Assembly: GCA_950097015.1 (NCBI GenBank)
Contig: CATNEN010000003.1
Location: forward strand, 14,508,001-14,572,000
Reading direction: 5' to 3'
DNA length: 64,000 nt
Origin: Macrostomum hystrix
Taxonomy: Eukaryota > Animalia > Platyhelminthes
Shown here: positions 26,097 to 38,574 of the stretch, in pieces
How positions within the stretch are numbered: position 1 is the stretch's first letter
Layout: each line of letters begins with the position of its first letter
The notes under the pieces: model-generated
Databases searched by the model: none
What the model saw: the letters and a program-made list of their open reading frames with translations, nothing else
What the model was told of the DNA's origin: nothing
Translations under genes and position numbers: made by a program

Positions 26097-29000
26097 ATGC
26101 AGAAACTGTTCAGGCGCTCACCACGTCAGCATCTGCAATTGCGGCCAGTCAGGTGGACAAGGGTCGGGTTTCAAAATGAAAGCAAAGAGCATCGATTCGA
26201 CAGTCAGGAGTGGCGCGGTCCAGAACAAGACTTTTGCCAATGCGAAGAAGGACGTCATTCTGCAGGTGCAGACTGGGAGTACGAACACGGCATAGAGTGA
26301 ACCTGAATCTGTGGTTTCAACGGAAGGAAACTTTGCTCTCTCCATGTTCATCAATCGTAACCCCACTGTCGCTCTTCCAGTATCTAAGGCAATTCTGATT
26401 GCTCCTGACGGACGTCGAGAACTGCTGGTGAGGGTTCTGCTGGATACCGCAAGCAATCGGTCGTATATTCGAGAAGACGTATGCGACTTGCTCCAGTTTG
26501 AACGGTTTGCTGAGGAAAGTTTTAAAGTCTCTGCCTTTTCTGGAATCGCTACGACGGTGAACTCTTCAAGAGTGAAATTCCACATTCGCAAGGTTGACTC
26601 AATGGAGATCATCAGATTGGAAGCTATATATCGTAAAGCAGATCTGTCAGCCTCAGACTTCAGTTATCGTCAATTCGTTTCAGCACCTTCATGATGTGGA
26701 CCTAGCGGATCCATATGACCCACGTGACATCAGTACTCTAATCTCGATCCTCGAAGGCTCAGATCAATACTTCCAATTTGTAGGCGACAACGTGATTCGT
26801 GGCACCTCAGGACCAGTCGCCATTTCCTCTAAGCTAGGATTCCTTCTCTGTGATCCTCTAGCGATCGATGGGTCAGCCAAGGATGAGCCTATCGTTTCCG
26901 AAGATTCAGCTGATTGTAGTACGGCTCAGACCTTGTGCTGCGCTACTCCTGATGATGCCTTTGTCACAACTGACTCGTCGAAGAGTGACCTTTCCTCATT
27001 CTGGCGACTTGAAGCACTAGGGATCATTGAGCAAAAGGATGATTCCACAGAGGGTTCGTTTATCTGTAATCCAAGGCTCGAGAACGTCGGTACAGCGTCA
27101 GTCTACCATGGAAATACCCGGAAGGCTCAGTGCCGTTGGATGATCACTTCGACATGGCGTACAGTATAGACTGTCGTCCACAACTCGTGCTCCGAGGAAG
27201 GATCCAGAGACTCTGACAAAGTATAGTGGAATCATTTCGGAACAGGAAGCTTCTGGCATAATCGAGAAGGTGCCCGAGAAAGATCTTGGCAAGAACAATT
27301 GCCATTATATGCCTCATCACCACGTCATAAAGTCAGACAGTGAGCACACAAAGATTGTGTTTGATGGATCTGCCAGACTTCGCACAGGCGACTTCTCAAT
27401 CAATGATCTACTTCAAGCTGGTCCGACTGATGTACCTCTGATCCCAGAAATTCTGATGAGATTTCGCAAACATCCGATCGCCATCATAGGAGACATAGAA
27501 AAAGCCTTCTTGCATATTGCCATCGATAGTGAGGACAGACACTATCTGAGATTTCTGTGGACTAACCCGAGTGAGTCGGACAAGGTTTTTCACTATCGCT
27601 TCTGTAGATTGCCGTTCCTTACGTACTCTCCTGGTGTCTTGAGAGCTACGGTCCTTCAACATTGATAGCCAGAAGAATAATTTTCCACTCGCCGCTGAGA
27701 TTATTCCCAAAGACTTGTACGTCGACAATTTAGTGACAAGCTGTAAATCTCTAAGTGACGCATTCAATCTCTACAAAGATGCAAAAGATATCTTCAACCT
27801 GGCTGGCATGAACATGCGACAGTGGAAATCCAACTCAGATTCGTTCAACAGCTCGCTACCCGATCAGGATGTTGGTCATACAGAAAAAGTGCTTGGTCTC
27901 CACTGGGACTCGGTCAGGGACACATTCGTCATGCAGTTTTCTGAGCTAGTTACCCACGTCAACGGATCCTCTTCAACCAAGAGGTCGATGCTAGGAGTAC
28001 TTGCGTCTGTGTACGATCCGTTAGGAATCTTGTCACCCTCTTTGACTGCTGTCAAGGTGATGCTACAGAACCTGTGTTCGCAAGTCGGGTTGGGACGACG
28101 AACTTCCGCCAGATATCACCGAGAGTTGGAACCGTTGGTTACAGTCGTTGTCGAGCTCACGCTTCGAAGTTCCTCGCTACCTTTTCGCCGATCTCAATTC
28201 GGAGCCAGTTCGAATGGAATTACATGGATTCTGTGATAATAATAATTTGACACTAGACCCAAGGGCCAGTGCAGGTGTTGTGTGTCAAGCACACTAGCAG
28301 GTGGGGACTGCACACCTATTGTACTCTCGGCTCTCTCGGACACCGGTTGACAGCCGCGTGTCAGCAATGGAATTTATTTTTCCAAACATATCGGCAGCAT
28401 CCAAACCCCACAGAATTGCCGCACAGAACTGCTTTATTCCACGCCAGCCGGAATTATTATTACCCGACGAAATGTCGGTACTCATTTGCAGCTGAGTAGA
28501 CTGTGTGCACATCAGGGCAAAGCAGCTTGCCAAAGGCTGCACGAATAGTTCTAGACTAGGTCGGGAGTCGAACCCAGGACCATCTGATCCAGAGTCCGAC
28601 ACCTTACTGACTGAGCTATCCGCCCCTTGCATTCTGTGATGCAAGCGAATCTGCTTACGCTGCCTGTGTCTACATTCAGGCCCGGTCGGAAAAAAACGAC
28701 TTTTCAACGCATTTAATTCAGGCCAAAACGCGCATGGCACCGCTATCAAATCTTAGCATCGCTAGACTAGAACTGCTGGGAGCCCTAATCTTAGCTCGTC
28801 TAATACGCACGGTGTCTTTGCAATTTCCCAGCATGACGCGTTGTGTCTGGACAGACAGCAAGACAACTCTGCATGCAGTGGATCACCAACACCGACAAGC
28901 TTCGCCAATTTTTCGTTCAAAACAGCGTCAAGGAGATCCGGACTCTCATGTCAACGTCCGAGTGGCGACATGTTCCCGGGGAACTGAACCCCGCCGACCT

Positions 29001-30291
29001 GCCATCTCGAGGCTGTCTCCCAGGGCAGCTACAGAAAAGCAAGGTGTGGTTTAGTGGGTTCTGTCACTTTAGTGGGTTTAGTGGATCTTTCGAGCGCAGT
29101 CACGGAAGATCATAACTCTGCAGAAGCATTATCAACAGTCACTGAACAGCCCATGGAATCTAAGAAGGTCGATCGTATCTCTTTAATCATTGACATCGGC
29201 AAGTTTTCGAACTATTCGAGAGTTTTACGCGTCCTAGCATGGGTACAAAGATTTGTCCGCAACCTACGGAGTGCTCGAGCTCAATCGCTAGTCAATAGAT
29301 CAAGGACGGTGACCGCCGAAGTGTTGACTGATGCAGAAGTCCTATTGGTAAGGTCAACTCAACGGGAATCGTTTTCAAAGGAAATCGATCACATTCGGCG
29401 TAGCTCTGCTGCTACACATCTGAACAGAAACTTGAATCTGTGGATGGATGATAAGGGACTTTTGCGTTCAAAAGGTCGTATTTCCGCACTGTCCTTCGAA
29501 GTTAATACTCCTATCCTAGTACCTCACCATAGTCACTTACGTCGTTTTGTCAGTCGTCGCGGAATACCTTCCATCATCAGTGACAATGCCAAGACGTTCA
29601 AGGCTGTCGCGAATATTCTCGGAGCTAGCACCAGCTATGAAGTTCAATCATTCTGTGCCAACAAGAAAATCTCTTGGGAGTTCATTCCGGAGAAGGCCCC
29701 GTGGTGGGGCGGATTTTGGGAAAGACTCGTCGTTAAGGATGGATTGAAAAAGAGCATTGGCAAAGCTCTGCTAACATTCGATGAGCTATCAACTTCAGTT
29801 ATCGAAATGGAATCTGTGGTGAACAGTCGACCACTTATGTATGTGTCTGCGGATGAGATCAACGACGTACTGGCGCCTGCACACTTTCTCTTCGGAACTC
29901 GTTTGACTCAGGAGCCAACTCTCTCGTCGAATCGTATCGCCAACGTCCTGCCATTGCCAGCTCGACTCAAACATCTCAGAAGAGCGTTGAATGTTTTTGG
30001 GATGCACGGAAAACGTCATATGTCCCCGCCCTGCGTGAGAAAGCGCTTAAGTCGCATGGAGGAGGACCAGTTGCAAAACCCGGAGACGTCGTTTTGGTTC
30101 AGGGAGAGCCGCATCAGCCAAGACTGCAATGGAAGATGGGTGTGGTAGAGTCTGTCCGTGAGGGTCGAGATGGTGCCGTTCGTTCCGCAGTTGTACGTCT
30201 GGCGAAGGGAAGGTGCTCTCGGGGGGCTGAGCGCATCGCGGGGCTCAGACGGCCTGTCCAAGCTCTCATTCCTCTTGAATTGTGCATCTAA
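26097..30291 (+). mobile_element. Degenerate Bel/Pao LTR retrotransposon, internal region
   Basis: Gag CRNCSGAHHVSIC. Protease LLDTASNRSYI. RT YMPHHHV..KIVFDGSA..DIEKAF..YVDNL. RNase H LHGFCDAS, SIARLELLGA, NPADLPSRG. Integrase SDNAKTF, PWWGGFWERLV, RRPVQALIPLE. Frameshifts and stops; no LTR pair seen. Confidence 0.93.
28238..28630 (-). mobile_element. Full-length tRNA-derived SINE, family 2, with a 10-bp TSD
   Basis: Minus strand reads gggcggatagctcagtcagtaag..gggttcgactccc (A and B boxes), has a core ctactcagctgcaaatgagtacc and an (ATT)n tail. TSD attctgtgat at 28228-28237 and 28631-28640. Confidence 0.92.
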
Positions 30292-30664
30292 TCCGTCTCC
30301 GTCTCGGATCTCTGTTTCTCTAAATCTTTGTGTTCTGTTCATTGGTGCGAGATCAGCTACCTTGATATTTTTTGCTCATTTTTTGGTCTCGACTCTTGTT
30401 ATCGCGTTTCCATCTGTTCTCATTCACTTACCCTTTTTCTGCTTCCCTGACCCTCATTTGTACCCGGTAGTTATCATTCAGTCATTTAGTTTTTTGTGTC
30501 GCAACTCGGTTGCAAATCATCATATCATCATTCAATATGTTAATGAGGAACTCGTGACTCGTGAACGTACTTGTAACGTAATTTTCAATATAATGCAGCG
30601 ATTTAGAAAAGAGAGACACAATCAGAGCAAGTACAAACAAATCGCGTAACCGAAAGTCGCTACA

Positions 30665-32340
30665 TGGAGAGAGCGGATGGAGGGAAGGAGAGAGCGGATG
30701 GAGGGAAGGAGAGAGAGGATTGAGTGATGGAGAGAGCGGATTGAGTGATGGAGAGAGCGGATAGAGTGATGGAGAGAGCGGATAGAGGGAGAGAGCGGAT
30801 TGAGGGCAGGAGAAAGCGAGTGTAGGCAACGAGACAGCGGATAGAGGGAAGGATAAAGAGCGGATGAAGGGAAGGAGAGAGCGGATGGAGGGATAGAGAG
30901 AGCGGATCGAGGGAAGGAGAGAGCGGATGGAGGGAAGGAGAAAGCGGATGGAGGGATGGAGAGAGAGGATGGAGGGAAGAAGACAGCGGATGAAGGGAAG
31001 GAGAGAGCAGATGGAGGGATGGAGAGAGAGGATGGAGGGAAGGAGACAGCGGATGAAGGGAAGGAGAGAGAGGATGGAGGGAAGGAGACAGCGGATGAAG
31101 GGAAGGAGAGAGCGGATCGAGGAAGTGAGAGAGCGGATGGAGGGAGGGAGAGAGCGGATGGAGGGAGGCAGAGAGCGGATGGAGGGAGGGAGAGAGCGGA
31201 TGGAGGGAGGGAGAGAGCGGATGGAGTGAAGGAGAGAGCGGATGGAGTGAAGGAGTGAGCGGATGGAGGGAGGAAGAGAGCGGAAGGAGTGAAGGAGAGA
31301 GCGGATGAAGGGAAGGAGAGAGCGGATCGAGGGAAGGAGAGAGCGGATGGAGGGAAGGAGAAAGCGGATGGAGGGATGGAGAGAGAGGATGGAGGGAAGG
31401 AGACAGCGGATGAAGGGAAGGAGAGAGCGGATCGAGGAAGTGAGAGAGCGGATGGAGGGAGGGAGAGAGCGGATGGAGGGAGGCAGAGAGCGGATGGAGG
31501 GAGGGAGAGAGCGGATGGAGGGAGGGAGAGAGCGGATGGAGTGAAGGAGAGAGCGGATGGAGTGAAGGAGTGAGCGGATGGAGGGAGGAAGAGAGCGGAA
31601 GGAGTGAAGGAGAGAGCGGATGAAGGGAAGGAGAGAGCGGATCGAGGGAAGGAGAGAGCGGATGGAGGGAAGGAGAAAGCGGATGGAGGGATGGAGAGAG
31701 AGGATGGAGGGAAGAAGACAGCGGATGAAGGGAAGGAGAGAGCGGATGGAGGGAAGGAGAGAGCAGATGGAGGGATGGAGAGAGCGGATGGAGTGAAGGA
31801 GAGAGCGGATGAAGGGAGGAAGAGAGCGGAAGGAGTGAAGGAGAGAGCGGATGGAGTGAAGGAGAGAGCGGATGGAGGGAGGGAGAGAGCGGATGGAGTG
31901 AAGGAGAGAGCGGAAGGAGTGAAGGAGAGAGCGGATGAAGGGAAGGAGAGAGCGGATCGAGGGAAGGAGAGAGCGGATGAAGGGAAGGAGAGAGCGGATC
32001 GAGGGAAGGAGAGAGAGGATGGAGGGAAGAAGACAGCGGATGAAGGGAAGGAGAGAGCGGATGGAGGGAAGGAGAGAGCAGATGGAGGGATGGAGAGAGA
32101 GGATGGAGGGAAGGAGACAGCGGATGAAGGGAAGGAGAGAGCAGATGGAGGGATGGAGAGAGAGGATGGAGGGAAGGAGACAGCGGATGAAGGGAAGGAG
32201 AGAGCAGATGGAGGGATGGAGAGAGCGGATGGAGTGAAGGAGAGAGCGGATGGAGTGAAGGAGTGAGCGGGTAGAGTGAAGGAGAGAGCGGATGGAGGGA
32301 GGAAGAGAGCGGAAGGAGTGAAGGAGACAGCGGATGAAGA
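30665..32340. repeat. 21-bp purine-rich minisatellite, long array
   Basis: About 80 units; 315-bp (15-unit) duplication marked by gatcgaggaagtg at 31115 and 31430. Confidence 0.97.
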
Positions 32341-32729
32341 AAATTCGAAGGGGGGCAGCAGAAATGAAAGCAGAAGTTACAAAAAGGGCGCCTGTTTAAG
32401 AGAATCAGCACGTGGGCCTGGGTCTCTGTTTACAGTTGATCAACAGAATAAAAGTGCTGCTAATGTTTCTGGAATCTGGGTTGATTTAGCAAATCAACAT
32501 GTGTTTTGTGTATTTCGGCTAGGCTGTCGGTGCAAACTAAGTCACATCAGTAGTGCGGCAAAGCAGTTCTCTGCATTTATTTCTGCTTTGATTCGCTTTA
32601 CTTATTTAAAACGCAGAGTCTGGCCGTGTCAGCAAAACTGATTAGTTTTTTCATCGTTGCTATTAATAGCGCTTTCTAGAATATGCATTAATGAAGAATA
32701 TCAAAACAGGAGAGAAATATAGTTGAAAA

Positions 32730-33685
32730 GGTGAGATTCTGGTGAGAACGTGAGATTCTGATGAGAACGTCAGATTCTGGTGATAACGTGAGATTCTTAT
32801 GGAACAGGAGATTCTAGTGAGAACGTGAGATTCTAGTGAGAACGTGAGATTCTAGTGAGAACGTGAGATTCTGGTGAGAACGTGAGATTCTGGTGAGAAC
32901 GTGAGATTCTGGTGAGAACGTGAGATTCTGGTGAGAACGTGAGATTCTAGTGAGAACACGAGATTCTGATGAGAAGGTGAGATTCTTATGGAACAGGAGA
33001 TTCTAGTGAGAACGTGAGATTCTAGTGAGAACATGAGATTCTGGTGAGAACATGAGATTCTGGTGAGAACGCGAGATTCTGATGAGAACGTGAGATTCTG
33101 GTGATAACGTGAGATTCTTATGGAACAGAAGATTCTAGTGAGAACGTGAGATTCTGGTGAGAACGTGAGATTCTGGTGAGAACGCGAGATTCTGATAAGA
33201 ACGTGAGATTCTGATGAGAACGTGAGATTCTTGTGAGAACGTGAGATTATGATGAGAACGTGTGATTCTGGTGAGAACGTGAGATTCTAGTGAGAAGGTG
33301 AGATTCTGGTGAGAAAGTAAAATTCTGATGAGAACGTGAGATTCTGATGATAACGTGAGATTCTTAAGGAACAGGAGATTCTAGTGAGAACGTGAGATTC
33401 GGGTGAGAACGTGAGATTCTGGTTAGAACGTGAGATTCTGATGATAACGTGAGATTCTTAAGAAACAGGAGATTCTAGTGAGAACGTGAGATTCTGGTGA
33501 GAATGTGAGATTCTGGTGAGAACGTGAGATTCTGGTGAGAACGTAAGATTCTGGTGAGAACGCGAGATTCTAGTGAGAACGTGAGATTCTGGTGAGAACG
33601 TGAGATTCTGGTTAGAACGTGAGATTCTGGTGATAACGTGAGATTCTGGTTAGAACGTGAGATTCTGGTGATAACGTGAGAACGA
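32730..33685. repeat. 19-bp minisatellite (GTGAGATTCTGGTGAGAAC)
   Basis: About 50 units. Confidence 0.97.
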
Positions 33686-34179
33686 TCAAGTCCCTACGGT
33701 AATTGGCGGCAGCACAAAGTGCAAACTTCGGTGGCAATATTGGCTTTAGCAAATTTGGCCCAACACTAAACACGATTCAAATTTATAATTAAATATGAAT
33801 TATTTATAATAAAAAATGTCATTTCTGTCTCGCCTTCCGACAGACGCTTCTCTGTCAAGGTAATATACGAGCCTACAACACGACCCAAATTATAGCAGAC
33901 TCGAGTGCAAATAACTAGTCATGATCTTCCGGTCAATAGCTTTTGCTTCCAGAAAAGACTATTAAGCAGTAGTCTAAGAATTTCCAAGTCCAGGTGAGAC
34001 CGTGGGAAATTTATTTGAAGGTTGCCAAAAGTTGTCATTGAACAGTCGGCTAAAATAAGAATAACTGTTTATACCTACGTCACTGAGTGTCTCCTGTCCT
34101 TAAGATAGTCTTGTCAACTACTTATGTGTCACTTCAAACTATCGGTTTTCCCATTATCGCTTGAAAAGAGAAGCAGCGA

Positions 34180-35265
34180 GCGTAGAAGGTACGAAGAGAG
34201 AGGGGGTAGAAGACACGAAGAGAGGGGGTAGAAGACACGAAGAGAGGAGGTAGAAGACACGAAGAGAGGGGGTAGAAGACACGAAGAGAGGGGGTAGAAG
34301 ACACGAAGAGAGGGGGTAGAAGACACGAAGAGAGAGAGGGGGTAGAAGAAACGAAGAGAGAGGGGGTAGAAGACACGAAGAGAGAGGGGGTAGAAGACAC
34401 GAAGAGAGAGGGGGTAGAAGACACGAAGAGAGGGGGTAGAAGACACGAAGAGAGGGGGTAGAAGACACGAAGAGAGGGGGTAGAAGACACGAAGAGAGGG
34501 GGTAGAAGACACGAAGAGAGAGAGGGGGTAGAAGAAACGAAGAGAGAGGGGGTAGAAGACACGAAGAGAGAGGGGGTAGAAGACACGAAGAGAGAGGGGG
34601 TAGAAGACACGAAGAGAGGGGGTAGAAGACACGAAGAGAGGGGGTAGAAGACACGAAGAGAGGGGGTAGAAGACACGAAGAGAGAGAGGGGTAGAAGAAA
34701 CGAAGAGAGAGGGGGTAGAAGACACGAAGAGAGGGGGTAGAAGACACGAAGAGAGAGGGGGTAGAAGACACGAAGAGAGAGGGGGTAGAAGACACGAAGA
34801 GAGAGGGGATAGAAGACACGAAGAGAGAGGAGGTAGAAGAAACGAAGAGAGAGGGGGTAGAAGACACGAAGAGAGAGGGGGTAGAAGAAACGAAGAGAGA
34901 GGGGGTAGAAGAAACGAAGAGAGAGGGGTAGAAGACACGAAGAGAGAGGGGGTAGAAGACACGAAGAGAGAGAGGGGTAGAAGAAACGAAGAGAGAGGGG
35001 GTAGAAGACACGAAGAGAGGGGGTAGAAGACACGAAGAGAGAGGGGGTAGAAGACACGAAGAGAGAGGGGGTAGAAGACACGAAGAGAGAGGGGATAGAA
35101 GACACGAAGAGAGGGGGTAGAAGACACGAAGAGAGAGGGGGTAGAAGACACGAAGAGAGAGGGGGTAGAAGACACGAAGAGAGAGAGGGGGTAGAAGACA
35201 CGAAGAGAGAGGGGGTAGAAGACACGAAGAGAGAGAGTGTAGAAGGGGCAGAGAGGGGGTAGAGG
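34180..35265. repeat. 22-26-bp minisatellite (GTAGAAGACACGAAGAGA(GA)nGGGG)
   Basis: Tandem units differing in GA count. Confidence 0.96.
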
Positions 35266-35999
35266 ACAAAGATAATAAATGCGGTTGGGTGAGAGGGGAG
35301 ACGACGGGACAAAGTGTGATGAGTTAAGCAAAACGTGAGAAGCAGTGCAACAATACTGTAATTTGGGGAGAAATGAACTTTATTCAGCAGAAAAACTGGG
35401 TGATCCTAAGCTGCTAAGTTGACGCCTTGCTATTAAGTTGCAGACTAGCAAAACTACAATCTACCAGACGAGAGAAAGTACAAAAGCTGTGATGGAAAGT
35501 GTGATGACAGAACCCCCCTCACCGTTTGATTTTAAGCGAATTCGCGCATTGGCTGTTTAATTGTACTGGGTTGAAAAAATGTAACAAACTTCTAACCTCA
35601 GCTTCGACAGGTCGATGGTTGAAGCGTTCTTCTTTCTGTCAGTCGTTTATAACATCTCGTAATAAAGCACTTAACATTCTGTGACTTTTCTTTCTGATAA
35701 ATTTCCATCCTTTAATAGGCATCGATGACTAGGCTAACTATTAAATTACTTTTATACATGCGCAAATTGGTATCAATAATTTCTTTATTAAAGTTGACTT
35801 TTTATTCTCGTTACTAAGATTAAAAATTAATCCCCACAATAAATGACAATTGTTTATATTTACACGTTAATAAAACAATTTAAACATTCTATTAGTTCAG
35901 ATAAAAGTACATTTAGAATTTGTGATGGGGTTAAAAATTGTAAAATAATGACTGTGACCATCCATTCACAAAGTTCTTTTGTTCTTTTTTATCCCCCTT

Positions 36000-36985
36000 A
36001 CCTCTTTCTCATCTCCCTTCCCTCTTTCTCAACTCCCTTCCCTCTTTCTCAACTCCCTTCCCTCTTTCTCATCTCCCTTCCCTCTTTCTCAACTCCCTTC
36101 TCTCTTTCTCATCTCCCTTCCCTCTTTCTCATCTCCCTTCCCTCTTTCTCATCTACCTTCCCTCTTTCTCATCTCCCTTCCCTCTTTCTCATCTCCCTTC
36201 CCTCTTTCTCAACTCCCTTCTCTCTTTCTCATCTCCCTTCCCTCTTTCTCATCTCCCTTCCCTCTTTCTCATCTCCCTTCTCTATTTCTCATCTCCCTTC
36301 CCTCTTTCTCATCTCCCTTCCCTCTTTCTCAACTCCCTTCCCTCTTTCTCATCTCCCTCCCCTCTTTCTCATCTCCCTTCCCTCTTTCTCATCTCCCTTC
36401 TCTATTTCTCATCTCCCTTCTCTATTTCTCATCTCCCTTCCCTCTTTCTCAACTCCCTTCCCTCTTTCTCATCTCCCTTCTCTATTTCTCATCTCCCTTC
36501 TCTATTTCTCATCTCCATTCTCTATTTCTCATCTCCCTTCTCTCTTTCTCATCTCCCTCCCCTCTTTCTCAACTCCCTTCCCTCTTTCTCATCTCCCTTC
36601 TCTATTTCTCATCTCCCTTCCCTCTTTCTCATCTCCCTTCCCTCTTTCTGAACTCCCTTCTCTCTTTCTTAACTCCCTTCTTTCTTTCTCAATTCCTTTC
36701 CCTTTTTCTCATCTCCCTTCCCCTTTTCTCTTCTTCCTTCCCTTTTTCTCATCCCCTTCCCTCTTTCTCAACTCCCTTCCCCTTTTCTCTTCTTCCTTCC
36801 CTTTTTCTCATCCCCTTCCCTCTTTCTCAACTCCCTTCCCCTTTTCTCTTCTTCCTTCCCTTTTTCTCATCCCCTTCCCTCTTTCTCAACTCCCTTCTCT
36901 CTTTCTCAATTCCTTTCCCTTTTTCTCATCTTCCTTTTTTCTCTTCTCCCTTCCCTCTTTCTCATCCCCTTCCCTCTTTCTCATA
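36000..36985. repeat. 20-bp pyrimidine-rich minisatellite (CCTCTTTCTCATCTCCCTTC)
   Basis: Tandem units, degenerating toward the 3' end. Confidence 0.96.
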
Positions 36986-37173
36986 GTTTTTTTCAGTTTT
37001 CTCATCTGAAATCCCTATGAAGCTGTATATTGATTATTGCGTAAACTAATCGTCGAAGGCACATAATTTTCGGCTTTGTTTTTGCTGAATTGATCTGAAT
37101 GCGCATTCATCCGACAAAAGGCAGGAAATTTAGATTTTTTGTTAAAATCTTTAATAACAATGTGTCCTTTGAT

Positions 37174-38574
37174 CTATCGTCCGTTCCTCTCTTCTTGCAG
37201 CATCCTTTCCAGCTCCGCGTTGCGCTTCTTATCGATCAGCTCCATCTCTCTGACCAGCTGCAATAACAAGTCGAGATTTTTTAAGGTTTTTGTTTTTCAT
37301 TTTAAGATACTAGGCTTTTTACACTACTTTCAGTAGAGTAGTTGAAAACTTGACTATAAATCATCACCTGAGAAATCTCGGCCTGGATCTTGGCTCGATA
37401 TTTGGCGCCTTGTCCAGCCGATTCCATCTGGTCAAGAAATAGTCGCCTATCGGCCACCTCCTCGGCTAATTCGTCAAACCTGTCCTGAACTGGCTCCGGC
37501 GCCGGCGCGTCCAGCGTCATCCTACGGACACCCTTTCGTCCGGCGCCGCGGCCGTCGCTGTCGCCGCCGCGGCCGTCATCCGGCGGACAGTCGTCGCCGA
37601 AGGCCATCTTATTGGCTAGGCGACGTTTTTCGACGTCCTGATTGCGGCCGGACGGACCAGTGGGTCGATAAGCCGGCTGCTCGTAGGCGCCTGTCGCTAC
37701 TATTTGCTCCCTCGATCGCAAACTGGACTGGTAGTTTCTGTGTATAGGAATCGAATCAGAGTGCGACACATTGAACTGTAGTAAAAATATGATTGTTAAT
37801 GGCAGTATGATTTTCTTATAATCATGCGGTCTCATAATGGTTAGAGTGTTAGACTCACGACCTACATGGTCGATGGTTCGATTCCCGACTCCACTGGAAT
37901 AATTTGTGTCTATTAACAAGACACTTTTAACTCTGCATTGCTTCAGTTCACGCAGATGTTAAATGGGTGCCAGAATTGGCTGGGGTAATTGAGGGTGGGT
38001 GTGGCGTCCCCCAGTCTATGGACTGAACAGTCGTACGCAGCCTTCAGATGCGCCGCGCAATTAGCTGCGGCTGTGCTGTCTAGTGCACATCTGGCCCAAT
38101 AGGGGCAAGAAATAATTTTGACAGTTTTTTTATTGAAAAAAACACAATAAGTTTGGACTCACTTTGGATTGAGTACCCTCGGCAGAGGAGCCTTCTGTTT
38201 GCCAGCCGAGTTTGATTTCTGTCGAGCCGAGGAGGTTGGAGGCAAATTTGTTGGCAGGCTAGATCCACCTGCAAGTTGATGTACATTTGTATTTATAGAT
38301 TCTGTCACGAAATTATACAGATAGCAACATCAATAAAAACTTACTTCTCATGGTGTCTGACACTTTCCTCATCTGGAGATTAGTCAGTTTTGATTCTTGC
38401 ATCATGCCTAAAATTAAGCGATTTGAAGCAGAAATTTAAGAGCACAATCTATATTATTCTGCGCCATAAATAAGTGTGACACAAACCTTTTAACAGTTGT
38501 TGAGTTTGTGCGCTGTACTGCACAGGTGTTGAATTCCAAAGACCACCGGACTGCACTGGCATGTTGCGATCCAT
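37174..38574 (-). CDS. C22orf23: UPF0193 protein EVG1 homolog; exons 38574-38487, 38407-38345, 38268-38163, 37737-37368, 37257-37174
   Basis: Family motifs QQLLKGMMQESKLTNLQMR, EKRRLANKMAFG and DRFDELAEEVADRRLFLDQMESAGQGAKYRAKIQAEISQLVREMELID. All four introns are GT-AG with matching phases (1,1,2,0). Confidence 0.9.
37826..38050 (+). mobile_element. tRNA-derived SINE, family 1, in EVG1 intron 3
   Basis: A/B boxes, core and tail shared with the copies at 9850 and 52131. Confidence 0.88.
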
